Positions 8,586 to 16,942 of a DNA stretch of 64,000 nucleotides are shown in pieces. The position numbers and the translations under genes are program-made. How positions within the stretch are numbered: the stretch's first letter is position 1; each line of letters begins with the position of its first letter. Location of the stretch: the IMG/VR virus record IMGVR_UViG_3300042567_001420; one strand, given 5' to 3'. The DNA is from a virus. Taxonomy: Duplodnaviria; Caudoviricetes. The notes under the pieces are model-generated. The model had not been told where the DNA came from. It saw only the letters and a list, made by a program, of their open reading frames with translations, and did no database searches.

Positions 8586-9955
8586 GCAAACAGGCTTTCT
8601 AATGAAGAAGTGACTTCTTCTTTTGGTATAAAATTAGGATCTTTAGATAAGTATGTGTCGTTGTCTGTGTAAATTATATTATATTTAGACTTATTTGTCA
8701 ATATACTTTTGACATCATCTATAGCTAATTGTGATCTATTTAGGATTTTAATAAAGTCTGAATATTTGATTTCGGTATAATCATTAATTTTTGCAGAATC
8801 AGATCGTGACAAAGATGTTTGAGTGTAACTAGATAAGAATTTTTTCCATCTATCAGATGTTTGAAAATCCAAATGTTTGATATACTGCAACGCATCATGG
8901 TTGCGTTGTTTTCGATCAGCATTATATTCTACTTTTAATACTTCGGCAACTTCATTTAACGGTAACCGAATATAATATGCAGGATCAAAATTAGTTACCC
9001 ATTCAGATTTGTCAATAACAATACAAGGCATATGACCTAAACATTCAAAAAATGTGAACGGGTAATTTTCTCTTAGTGAAGGGTTAAAGTGAACCTTTGC
9101 AGATTTAATAAAGTCAACTTTTTCTTTACCAACAATACTAGCTTTAATCTCATAATCGGTAATACCAAGTTCTGCAAGACGAGCTTCAAACTTTTTCTTG
9201 CCGTTAGCATTCGTCATAATTTTTGCAGGCAATCCAGTCTCTTTAATTACTTTTAAAAATGCTTCTGGATTTTTACGATCTTCCCACCGACCAATATATA
9301 AGACGCCTTTTCTTTCTGAATAATCACTTGTGAGCAATTCTCTTTCAGACATAGGCATACTTAAATGTTCTACATCAACTCCGCCATTATTTTTAATTTC
9401 AGTTACATTACGTGCAGATTGTGTGCCAATATAACAACTTTCAAGATTCATTAAGTTGTTAAAAAATTCATTACAACTTTCTAAGAATACGCCTTTGAAT
9501 TTTCTAGTATCACGGAACACCATACTCTCTTCATGCGTGTAAAATACTACAGGAATGTAACTATTAAGATCAAAACTCAATACTGCGGGCATAGCCTCTA
9601 AAGAATTACATACTACCATATCATAGATATTAGTATGAAAAGCATTCATAACAGCATCACGGAAATTAATCATCTTTTCAAAGTTAATTGAATCAGTAAA
9701 TGCAAAAGTACCGGTATGATTTTTATATGACAAGGCATTTTTCGGAGCAATTAAATTTGCGCCCAATGATTCAACTAATTTTGCAAACTCATTTGTTGTG
9801 GGTTTGTCCGTAATAATATCAACCTTCCAGTCAATTTTATTTGCCATTTCAACAAATCCCTTTGCAAATTGTCCAATCCCACCATGCGGAACAAGGTGTT
9901 GATCGCTAATGCAAAACGCAACTCTCTTTTTATAAAGACGCATATTACTCACCAA
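8582..9955 (-). CDS. GT-B (GT4-like) glycosyltransferase with C-terminal extension
   Basis: N-terminal PHGGIGQF, LYIGRWEDRKNP, and FNPSLRENYPFTFFE. Confidence 0.85.
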   Translation of the reverse strand: MVSNMRLYKKRVAFCISDQHLVPHGGIGQFAKGFVEMANKIDWKVDIITDKPTTNEFAKLVESLGANLIAPKNALSYKNHTGTFAFTDSINFEKMINFRDAVMNAFHTNIYDMVVCNSLEAMPAVLSFDLNSYIPVVFYTHEESMVFRDTRKFKGVFLESCNEFFNNLMNLESCYIGTQSARNVTEIKNNGGVDVEHLSMPMSERELLTSDYSERKGVLYIGRWEDRKNPEAFLKVIKETGLPAKIMTNANGKKKFEARLAELGITDYEIKASIVGKEKVDFIKSAKVHFNPSLRENYPFTFFECLGHMPCIVIDKSEWVTNFDPAYYIRLPLNEVAEVLKVEYNADRKQRNHDALQYIKHLDFQTSDRWKKFLSSYTQTSLSRSDSAKINDYTEIKYSDFIKILNRSQLAIDDVKSILTNKSKYNIIYTDNDTYLSKDPNFIPKEEVTSSLESLFA

Positions 9956-10454
9956 GAATTTTAATTAAGTGTTTTGTTTGATGCATCGCATCATCTAAGG
10001 CATTATGATACGTACCTTCGCGTTTGTCTTCTGGAATCCAATTGAACATTGCTTTAGCAGTTCGGTAACAACGATCATCCCAGCATTTCCAAGGTGGTTC
10101 TCTGCCTGTAATGAAGTATGCATTACCTAAAATTGTGTTATCAAATACAGCACCGTTTCCCCAAATAGGTAAACTCTTAGGGCCAAACCATAACTCAAAT
10201 TTATCCAATGCTTCTTGCAATGATATATTATTCTTTGTTAATTCTCGCAAGGCTTCTTTATTTTGTTTAGACCACCATGCAACGGTATCTTTAGAAATAT
10301 GCATTCCAGCTTCTTTACAGCTAGCAAGATCAATGGTGCAATAAAATGTATCTACAATTTTACTACCTTCAAATTTTACTGCACCAATTGAACAAATTGC
10401 TGCGTGTGATCTTGTTGACATTGTTTCCAAGTCAACCATTACATTAATTGTCAT
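9945..10454 (-). CDS. DEDDh 3'-5' exonuclease
   Basis: VMVDLET, WGNGAVFD, HNALDDA motifs. Confidence 0.88.
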   Translation of the reverse strand: MTINVMVDLETMSTRSHAAICSIGAVKFEGSKIVDTFYCTIDLASCKEAGMHISKDTVAWWSKQNKEALRELTKNNISLQEALDKFELWFGPKSLPIWGNGAVFDNTILGNAYFITGREPPWKCWDDRCYRTAKAMFNWIPEDKREGTYHNALDDAMHQTKHLIKILGE

Positions 10455-11134
10455 TTACATCCTTGTCGGGCAATCTGATAAAACTCGTTTCTTACTGCTG
10501 GATCATTTTTAAATCCACCACCTAAACGAACTGTTACTGTAGAGCTACCTGTGTCTTCAACACCTCTAGATTTTACGCAATAATGTTGAGCATCAATCAA
10601 GACTGCAACATCTTCAGTATCAAGAATATACTGTAAAGTATGAAACACTTGCTCTGTTAAGCGTTCTTGAATCTGAGGGCGTTTGCTAAAATATTCTACA
10701 ATACGATTGATCTTAGATAGACCAAGAACCCTAGTCTTAGGTACATAAGCAACTGTTGCTAATCCATCGATAACAACAAAATGATGCTCGCAATTAGATT
10801 GCACATTTACATTGCGCTCACATACCATTTCGTTATACTGCATTTTATTATCTACAGTAGTGCATTTTGGAAATGCATCATAATCGAGACCCCAAAAGAT
10901 TTCATTAACATACATTTTAGCAACACGCTTAGGTGTTTCAATTAGACTATCATCTGTAAGATCAAGGCCAAGTGTTTCCATGATCTTGGCAAATAAAGGT
11001 TCGATAACTGCTATCTTATCTTTACGATCTGGAATTAATGATTTTTTTGTTGGGGTTTCAACACCCATTTTAACTAGGTGTTCGTGAACTCGTTGACCCA
11101 ATTCTGGATCGCATTTAGTTTTATTGAAACTCAT
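10451..11134 (-). CDS. folE: GTP cyclohydrolase I
   Basis: ETPKRVAKM, CEHHF, GLSKINR, PQIQERLT, HYCVKSRG. Confidence 0.97.
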   Translation of the reverse strand: MSFNKTKCDPELGQRVHEHLVKMGVETPTKKSLIPDRKDKIAVIEPLFAKIMETLGLDLTDDSLIETPKRVAKMYVNEIFWGLDYDAFPKCTTVDNKMQYNEMVCERNVNVQSNCEHHFVVIDGLATVAYVPKTRVLGLSKINRIVEYFSKRPQIQERLTEQVFHTLQYILDTEDVAVLIDAQHYCVKSRGVEDTGSSTVTVRLGGGFKNDPAVRNEFYQIARQGCK

Positions 11135-11195
11135 TTGATAACCTTCCTTTGTGATGGTTTATTTTTGACAGTATGTTACCGTTGCGTAACATAAG

Positions 11196-11203
11196 TATTT
11201 ATT
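11196..11203 (-). promoter_or_regulatory. possible late-promoter variant (AATAAATA) upstream of folE
   Basis: One mismatch to T4 TATAAATA; the same variant occurs upstream of gp8, gp25 and gp13. Confidence 0.4.
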
Positions 11204-11267
11204 ACTTTGATTTTGTTGTTGGATCACACCCGCATACGCCTTACTGACTTCTTACGGGTGACCATAA

Positions 11268-11462
11268 TTATGCCTTAGTTTTCGCTTCTGCTCTAGCTGC
11301 TTTTTCGGCAGTAATTTCATTGCGACGTGCTTTAACTGCTTTAGATAACTCTGCTAATGCTTTGCGTGTACGTGTACCTGCGGCTGCATTGCCTTTGTTA
11401 AATTTCTCATTCTCAGCATTATATGCTGCTAAACTTGTTTCGATGTCGTTATGTGCGCTCAT
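11268..11462 (-). CDS. histone H1-like (Hc1-family) small basic protein
   Basis: KGNAAAGTRTRKAL...KARR matches the bacterial Hc1-like pattern (KGNKAAGTRARK). Confidence 0.7.
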   Translation of the reverse strand: MSAHNDIETSLAAYNAENEKFNKGNAAAGTRTRKALAELSKAVKARRNEITAEKAARAEAKTKA

Positions 11463-11478
11463 ATTATTTTCCTTTTAG

Positions 11479-12348
11479 TTAAGTGCCCCATGCGTTTTTA
11501 AACAATGGGATTTGTAGTCGGTCGGAATATCTCCAACCTTTTTGCATTGCGTACTCTGCAACGCTGCGATTATTAAGAGAGTACAGCCGCTCAGTCCCAC
11601 CGAGAGGCATAAGATAAACAGGACCTGAGAAACCAGCTTTACGATATGCATTTACTGCCTCTTCTGCTTCTTCTGCATCTTCTTTAGATCCAATTACAAA
11701 TTTAAGATATGTATATCCTACCCATTCATACCCTGCTACAATTTCTGGGCAAATTGCATCTTCCCACTTTTCACCTGATACCGATAGTTTAGGTGAAACT
11801 GAAAATGTTAAAGCATCACAACCTCTTTTGCTTGTGCGACCTTTATTATTTAGTGTCCAATTTAAAAGATATTGTTTAAATTCATTAGACAAAGGTTGTG
11901 TTCCATTTGTCTCAAATGTCAATTCTTTTAATGCTATCATTTTTTCATTACCGAGTAATTCCGGATATTGTTTTTGCCAACCTAATAGAGGCTCACCTCC
12001 AGTAATAACTAGGTGTTCGTCTTGCCATTTTTTATACGGGAGTGTATCGACGATTGCTTCCACAACATCTTTAACATCGAGTACAGGGCTAAGATGCTTA
12101 AAACGAGGGTCCCAACTAGCATAGGAATCACAGCCAGTGTGTACGAGAGGCAAGTCATTATAATTTTTAAAGCTTTCGGCCTTAATCGAGATAACATTTC
12201 GTTCATCGCTTTTTTCGCCTTTTGGCATGCCGAACCCGTCGCAAGTAAAATTGCAACCAAATGTTCTTAAGAAGACAGAGGGCGCACCCATATAGCGGCC
12301 TTCACCCTGAATTGAATAAAATAGTTCTGAAATTTTAAGTTTAGCCAT
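11479..12348 (-). CDS. queE: 7-carboxy-7-deazaguanine synthase (radical SAM)
   Basis: ISELFYSIQGEG, FLRTFGCNFTC, VITGGEPLL, ETNGT, SVSPK, RLQ. Start moved to MAKLK at 12348 (GGAG RBS). Confidence 0.93.
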   Translation of the reverse strand: MAKLKISELFYSIQGEGRYMGAPSVFLRTFGCNFTCDGFGMPKGEKSDERNVISIKAESFKNYNDLPLVHTGCDSYASWDPRFKHLSPVLDVKDVVEAIVDTLPYKKWQDEHLVITGGEPLLGWQKQYPELLGNEKMIALKELTFETNGTQPLSNEFKQYLLNWTLNNKGRTSKRGCDALTFSVSPKLSVSGEKWEDAICPEIVAGYEWVGYTYLKFVIGSKEDAEEAEEAVNAYRKAGFSGPVYLMPLGGTERLYSLNNRSVAEYAMQKGWRYSDRLQIPLFKNAWGT

Positions 12349-12373
12349 AATGACTCCGTTCAACAATACTCAT

Positions 12374-12402
12374 ATTATATAGTGTTTAATCATCTAAGTC
12401 AA
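12374..12402 (-). promoter_or_regulatory. sigma70-type early promoter heading the modification cluster
   Basis: TTGACT-N17-TATAAT upstream of queE. Confidence 0.85.
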
Positions 12403-13021
12403 GTGGATTACTTGAATCGTCCGAAATTATTTTGTTCTTTTTAGGAGTTGAAATTACCCGTTTTTCAATATCAATAGTATCCATTTGCCGTTTTAAGTAA
12501 TCTAAGAACTGATTACCAAATTCGCCGTTGTCATGTTCTTGAAGAATTAATGAATCAATATCCATATTCTCAATCAATTTATACTTAGTAGCTTGTTGCT
12601 TCTTTTCTTTTTGGATACGTCTAATAAAAGCAAAGTATATAATTTGAGTATAATATGCGAAAGGATTTGATCCTTTAGATGGGTCAAATTTGACAACAGC
12701 AGTTAGACAATTTTCAATTCCATCTGAAATCATATCATCTTTAAATGTATAATTAATGAAATTAGATTTATAAGATAAATGTGTTGCAATTTTAATAAAG
12801 CATTCACCTATGTAGTTAGATACAATAGGTGGTTCTTTTCCTGCGGCCGCCGCATCAACTACACTTTGTCTATATTCAATAAGAGCTTGTAAAAACTTTT
12901 TATTGTCTACATAGTGAGACGAAGTAGGAATTTTTACTTCCTTAACTACTTCAGCTATTTCAGTGGAGAGTTCTTCCACGTCTTTTAGGGGGTTCTTTGT
13001 TTTCATTATGCTCTTCTTCAA
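12386..13021 (-). CDS. gp55: late transcription sigma factor
   Basis: HYVDNKKF, IGECFIKIATHL, NPFAYYTQIIYFAFIRRIQKEKKQ. Start uncertain. Confidence 0.95.
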   Translation of the reverse strand: MKKSIMKTKNPLKDVEELSTEIAEVVKEVKIPTSSHYVDNKKFLQALIEYRQSVVDAAAAGKEPPIVSNYIGECFIKIATHLSYKSNFINYTFKDDMISDGIENCLTAVVKFDPSKGSNPFAYYTQIIYFAFIRRIQKEKKQQATKYKLIENMDIDSLILQEHDNGEFGNQFLDYLKRQMDTIDIEKRVISTPKKNKIISDDSSNPLDLDD

Positions 13022-13400
13022 GTGTGTTTATAAATTTATCTACAATTTCTTGGATTTGTTCTTTTTCCAAATCCTTTTCCTCAACCTCAGAAATTTCAGG
13101 ATCTGCCCTGGAATCTATGAATTTTATATAATTATCTTTTAATGTTTCTTTTGTATCAACAGCAACTATAATATGATCTGTTGATATCTCAAAACTTTCT
13201 GTGTTTCCTAATGCTACCCAGGGGGATAAAATATATGATTCTACAATCATATCGCCCCTTGGCATTCTAATCTGATTTAATACTACAGGATCTGTAATTG
13301 ATATGTTACGCCCTTTAAGGTCTTTACATTCATCGAATGTTTTACATATTATATCTTCACCACTTGTTAATTTTAAAATTTTAACATTCGGATCGTTCAT
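12960..13400 (-). CDS. conserved hypothetical protein downstream of uvsW
   Basis: KILKLTSGEDII N-terminus typical of a small Sm-like phage family; ATGA overlap with uvsW. Confidence 0.65.
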   Translation of the reverse strand: MNDPNVKILKLTSGEDIICKTFDECKDLKGRNISITDPVVLNQIRMPRGDMIVESYILSPWVALGNTESFEISTDHIIVAVDTKETLKDNYIKFIDSRADPEISEVEEKDLEKEQIQEIVDKFINTLEEEHNENKEPPKRRGRTLH

Positions 13401-14884
13401 TGAATAGGTATCCTTAGTAGTTTGTAATCAAAATGCTCATCATTATAAATTTTAATTCTTTCAATCATGTGTAACAACGTATAATTCTTTTTAGACTTCC
13501 ATGTTAAATCATCACCTATATCATATAGATTGCAACTATCTTTTGTTTCACTTGTTCTCAATCCACGACCAATAGATTGTAAATTTCGAACACGGGATTT
13601 TGAGGGAGATGCAAAAATAATATTATGCAGGTTTTTAATATTTATCCCCGTAGAAAAAGTTCCGTATGAAGCCACTATTATAGCATCCTTTTCGGTTTCT
13701 GTCAATCGACGAATTTCCTCACGTTGTTCTGTATCAGTTCCACCATAAACAAAAAACACTTTTCGGTTTTCTGCTTTAGATTGGATCATCTCATGTAGCA
13801 TTTTGCCATGCTTCTCAACATATTGGAATAACACTAAACTATTGCCGGTTTGTTTGATTGCAAGATTTCGGATAAATTTATTACGAGGTTCATATCCAAC
13901 AATAAAGTCCATTTCTTCTTGGTATGTTTTTCCTTTAAGTGCTTTTTTTACTTCATCTGGATAATCCAAAACAAGATTATAAATTTGCAGATCAGCAAGC
14001 GTTTTACTTGTGATTAATTTTTTAGTTGTTGTAACTTTATAAACGGGACCAAACATTCCTTCAAGAACTAGCTTGTGCGTTTGAGTACCATCTAATGTAC
14101 CAGTAGTTCCAATTCTATAAGGAGTATCCGGCATTTTATTTAAAATACCTGTTAAAGATTTAGCTTTAAATAAATGCGCTTCATCTCCATACACTGCTTT
14201 AAAATCTGCAAAGAATTGTTTAGGCAATTTGTAAATAGATTGCCAAGTACTAATAATTACATCATACTCATTAGACTTTTCGTGACCACCATAAATGCGA
14301 TGACAATGCTCAGAAGTTTTCCAATTATTAATACTAGAATAATCTTGAAAATCGGAATACATCTGTTCAACAAGTGATGTAGTAGGAACAAGAATTAATT
14401 GCCGTCTTCCTCTTAGCTCATGCCAGCGAATTAAACAGTAAATAATATAAGATTTACCTGAACCGGTAGGAGACAACAATAAACGTCTGCCATCATTAAT
14501 AGCTTTATGTATTGCTTCAATCTGATAATCTCTAATTTCTAGAGGTGTACCTTTAGATGCAATATTTAAACTTTTAACAAATTCTGTTACTTCATCCAAC
14601 GTGCAACCATCTGCAGTTTTTTCATACTGCGAATCATCAAATATGTAATCGCGTTCTTTTGCAAATTGTTCTAAATAGTCTTTTAGACCAATATAAAGCT
14701 CTTTGGTAAACATAGAAAAAAGGCGAACGCGTCCATCCCACATACGAGATTTATACAGAGGATGAAACTTCGCTCCTGGAACTTCAAATGAAAAATGGTC
14801 ATTTAGTTCTTGTGCAATTGAAGGTTCAGTATCAACTTGCAGATACACTTCATTCTTTTTTCTTACGCTTATTTTGTCAGACAT
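13397..14884 (-). CDS. uvsW: UvsW RNA-DNA/DNA helicase
   Basis: SPTGSGKS, GDEAH, GTTGT, QSIGRGLR. Confidence 0.96.
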   Translation of the reverse strand: MSDKISVRKKNEVYLQVDTEPSIAQELNDHFSFEVPGAKFHPLYKSRMWDGRVRLFSMFTKELYIGLKDYLEQFAKERDYIFDDSQYEKTADGCTLDEVTEFVKSLNIASKGTPLEIRDYQIEAIHKAINDGRRLLLSPTGSGKSYIIYCLIRWHELRGRRQLILVPTTSLVEQMYSDFQDYSSINNWKTSEHCHRIYGGHEKSNEYDVIISTWQSIYKLPKQFFADFKAVYGDEAHLFKAKSLTGILNKMPDTPYRIGTTGTLDGTQTHKLVLEGMFGPVYKVTTTKKLITSKTLADLQIYNLVLDYPDEVKKALKGKTYQEEMDFIVGYEPRNKFIRNLAIKQTGNSLVLFQYVEKHGKMLHEMIQSKAENRKVFFVYGGTDTEQREEIRRLTETEKDAIIVASYGTFSTGINIKNLHNIIFASPSKSRVRNLQSIGRGLRTSETKDSCNLYDIGDDLTWKSKKNYTLLHMIERIKIYNDEHFDYKLLRIPIQ

Positions 14885-15324
14885 TACATCATACCGTTTG
14901 TGAACTTAGACCATTCAATACTATTCTTGATATCCCATGTTCTACTGTTTAAGGATCTTATAATTTGTTCTAATTGATACATAACAGTTTTAAAGTATTC
15001 TACTTTGTCTTGTAGTAAAATTAAATCTGCATCAACCTGCAAAAATTCGTCCATCTCATTTTTCAATGGTTTGTTACCTTGCCATTGAGTCCAACCTTCA
15101 TCTGATAATTCAAGCTGGGTCATTTCTCCCCTGTAATACTTGTATTTCTTTCTACGAAGGTTGAGATATTCAGACTCTGCTTTGCGTAGGTTAAGCCGAG
15201 TAGATGTTAAAAAATTCAAATACTTAGAATGTAATAAAGGTGTGCGAGCAGATTCATGTCCAAGATTAGTCTCATTAATCTTACAATCATCTGCCCACAT
15301 TTCCTGCAGGTCAGATAATTTCAT
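14884..15324 (-). CDS. uvsY: recombination mediator UvsY
   Basis: LHSKYL, RTWDIKNSIEW; adjacent to uvsW. Confidence 0.93.
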   Translation of the reverse strand: MKLSDLQEMWADDCKINETNLGHESARTPLLHSKYLNFLTSTRLNLRKAESEYLNLRRKKYKYYRGEMTQLELSDEGWTQWQGNKPLKNEMDEFLQVDADLILLQDKVEYFKTVMYQLEQIIRSLNSRTWDIKNSIEWSKFTNGMM

Positions 15325-16244
15325 TACTGAGGGCTAATCTGAATAATCTGAGCAGGGTTGCCCTGGAAATTAAATGAACCGTAGTGATTCAATGAGATTG
15401 TTGGATCAAGCCAAATGTCGCCACCGATATCTTGCCAACGTCTGCTGAATGTATAATCTTCTGACAAGTAACGTTTGTCTTTGGGATCAATCATTGTGTC
15501 GAAGAATGCATAGAAGAAGTCTTGCAAATCTGGCGGAGTATTCAAATCATTGTTATACTTTAACTCTGGATATGCAGCAATCATCTTGTCAATTGCTTCA
15601 CGCTTAATCATCATAAAGCCTGTAGCTCCGTCGTGCAATTTAATTACACCATTTTCAATAGCAATTTGTTTTGACTCACGATTAACAAACTTAAAGTTAA
15701 TCGCATAGTCGGAACCAGCGGCAGCAATATCTCTATCAGAAATATCTTGACCGGGTTTAGAATTAATGCTATCTTTAATACGTTGCCAGTTGACGCCCTT
15801 TTTAGGATATGCGCCTACACAAACTTCTTTGTTGTGAGCAATTAATTTAAGTACATCTTCAACTTGAAACTCAATATCAGCATCAATAAACAACAAACGA
15901 GTGTAATTGCTTTGAAGAAAATATGCAACCAACACATTGCGAGCACGAGTAACTAAAGACTCATTTGCAATAGTACCAAACGCCAATGGGATTTGATGTT
16001 GATTGAAGAATGTCAATGTGCGAACCATTGAACGGAAATATGCCTCTGTAAGCATACCACCATAACAAGGAGTTGCCACAAAGATTCTTTCTTTACGCAA
16101 ATCATCAATATTGATTTGCAATTGACCTGGTTGTGCGGCAGGGGGTGCCGCAGGGGGTGCCGCAGCTGCGACTGGGGGTTTGTTAAACTTAGGAACCGGA
16201 ATTTTTGGAATGTTCTTCAGTCCAGGTTTATTGTTGTTAGCCAT
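15324..16244 (-). CDS. GT-A fold glycosyltransferase-like protein with Pro/Ala-rich N-terminus
   Basis: IFVATPCYGG, ESLVTRARN, LFIDADI (DxD), YLSEDYTFSRRW. Confidence 0.75.
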   Translation of the reverse strand: MANNNKPGLKNIPKIPVPKFNKPPVAAAAPPAAPPAAQPGQLQINIDDLRKERIFVATPCYGGMLTEAYFRSMVRTLTFFNQHQIPLAFGTIANESLVTRARNVLVAYFLQSNYTRLLFIDADIEFQVEDVLKLIAHNKEVCVGAYPKKGVNWQRIKDSINSKPGQDISDRDIAAAGSDYAINFKFVNRESKQIAIENGVIKLHDGATGFMMIKREAIDKMIAAYPELKYNNDLNTPPDLQDFFYAFFDTMIDPKDKRYLSEDYTFSRRWQDIGGDIWLDPTISLNHYGSFNFQGNPAQIIQISPQ

Positions 16245-16260
16245 AAAATCTCCATATTAA

Positions 16261-16845
16261 TTAAAGTTGCTCCACTTCAAATAGCGTATATTTAAAAGAG
16301 GCAATTGCGGTAAAATATTCCACACCGGCAGATGCAATATCAAAATCCAATCCTTCTAATGAGATTGGGAATATATCCTTATATATTATATTTACTTTAG
16401 GCGTATTTGTCGAGTCTAAAATCGTTAAAGTTGCATCCGAGTATGCCAAAACTTCAGATTCGCCCCGTTGATTCACTTTAAACGGGAATCTACTAGGTCT
16501 ATTCTTTATTAACGCGTCAAACTGTGTATAATCTTTAGGAAAACCTAAAGCCACTAACCAATTGTATAATTCTAAATAATTGGACATATCTTCCGATATC
16601 AAAAATCTAATTGTAAACGAACCGAAGTCTAGTTTATCACCGATACGTGGAATGTCAGTAAACGGGGTAGGCTGTACGGCAAAACCTAATGCGAGTTGCG
16701 GCAAATTAGCTGATTGGCAAGTAAAAGACACATTGGGAATATCCTTAACAGAAAAGCGGAAAGCATTCGGTCTTAGATAATCATATGTCGTGGGTAATGA
16801 ATTTGCATAATTTTGCTTTGCTACATTTACATTTGCAGTATACAT
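16261..16845 (-). CDS. gp3: tail tube terminator/completion protein
   Basis: YLRPNAFRF, FTCQSANLP, FLISEDMSNYLELYNWL; downstream of gp23. Confidence 0.85.
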   Translation of the reverse strand: MYTANVNVAKQNYANSLPTTYDYLRPNAFRFSVKDIPNVSFTCQSANLPQLALGFAVQPTPFTDIPRIGDKLDFGSFTIRFLISEDMSNYLELYNWLVALGFPKDYTQFDALIKNRPSRFPFKVNQRGESEVLAYSDATLTILDSTNTPKVNIIYKDIFPISLEGLDFDIASAGVEYFTAIASFKYTLFEVEQL

Positions 16846-16863
16846 TTCTTTCCTCCGTTATTA

Positions 16864-16871
16864 TATTTATA
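16864..16871 (-). promoter_or_regulatory. T4 late promoter TATAAATA
   Basis: Exact consensus upstream of gp3. Confidence 0.8.
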
Positions 16872-16875
16872 AGGC

Positions 16876-16902
16876 AAAAAAGGGGAGCCTAAGCCCCCCT
16901 TT
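16876..16902 (-). terminator. rho-independent terminator after gp23
   Basis: AAAGGGGGCTTAGGCTCCCCT followed by a T tract. Confidence 0.85.
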
Positions 16903-16942
16903 AGAAGTACCGATCTTTGTCGGCTTACTCGATAATATCGAA

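Noticed and set aside
4688-9955. T4-type glucosyl-hmC system or an LPS island
   Set aside because: No hydroxymethylase, dCTPase or LPS assembly genes are in the window, and the GTs directly flank dpdA/dpdL. The rest of the genome is unseen, so this is not fully excluded.
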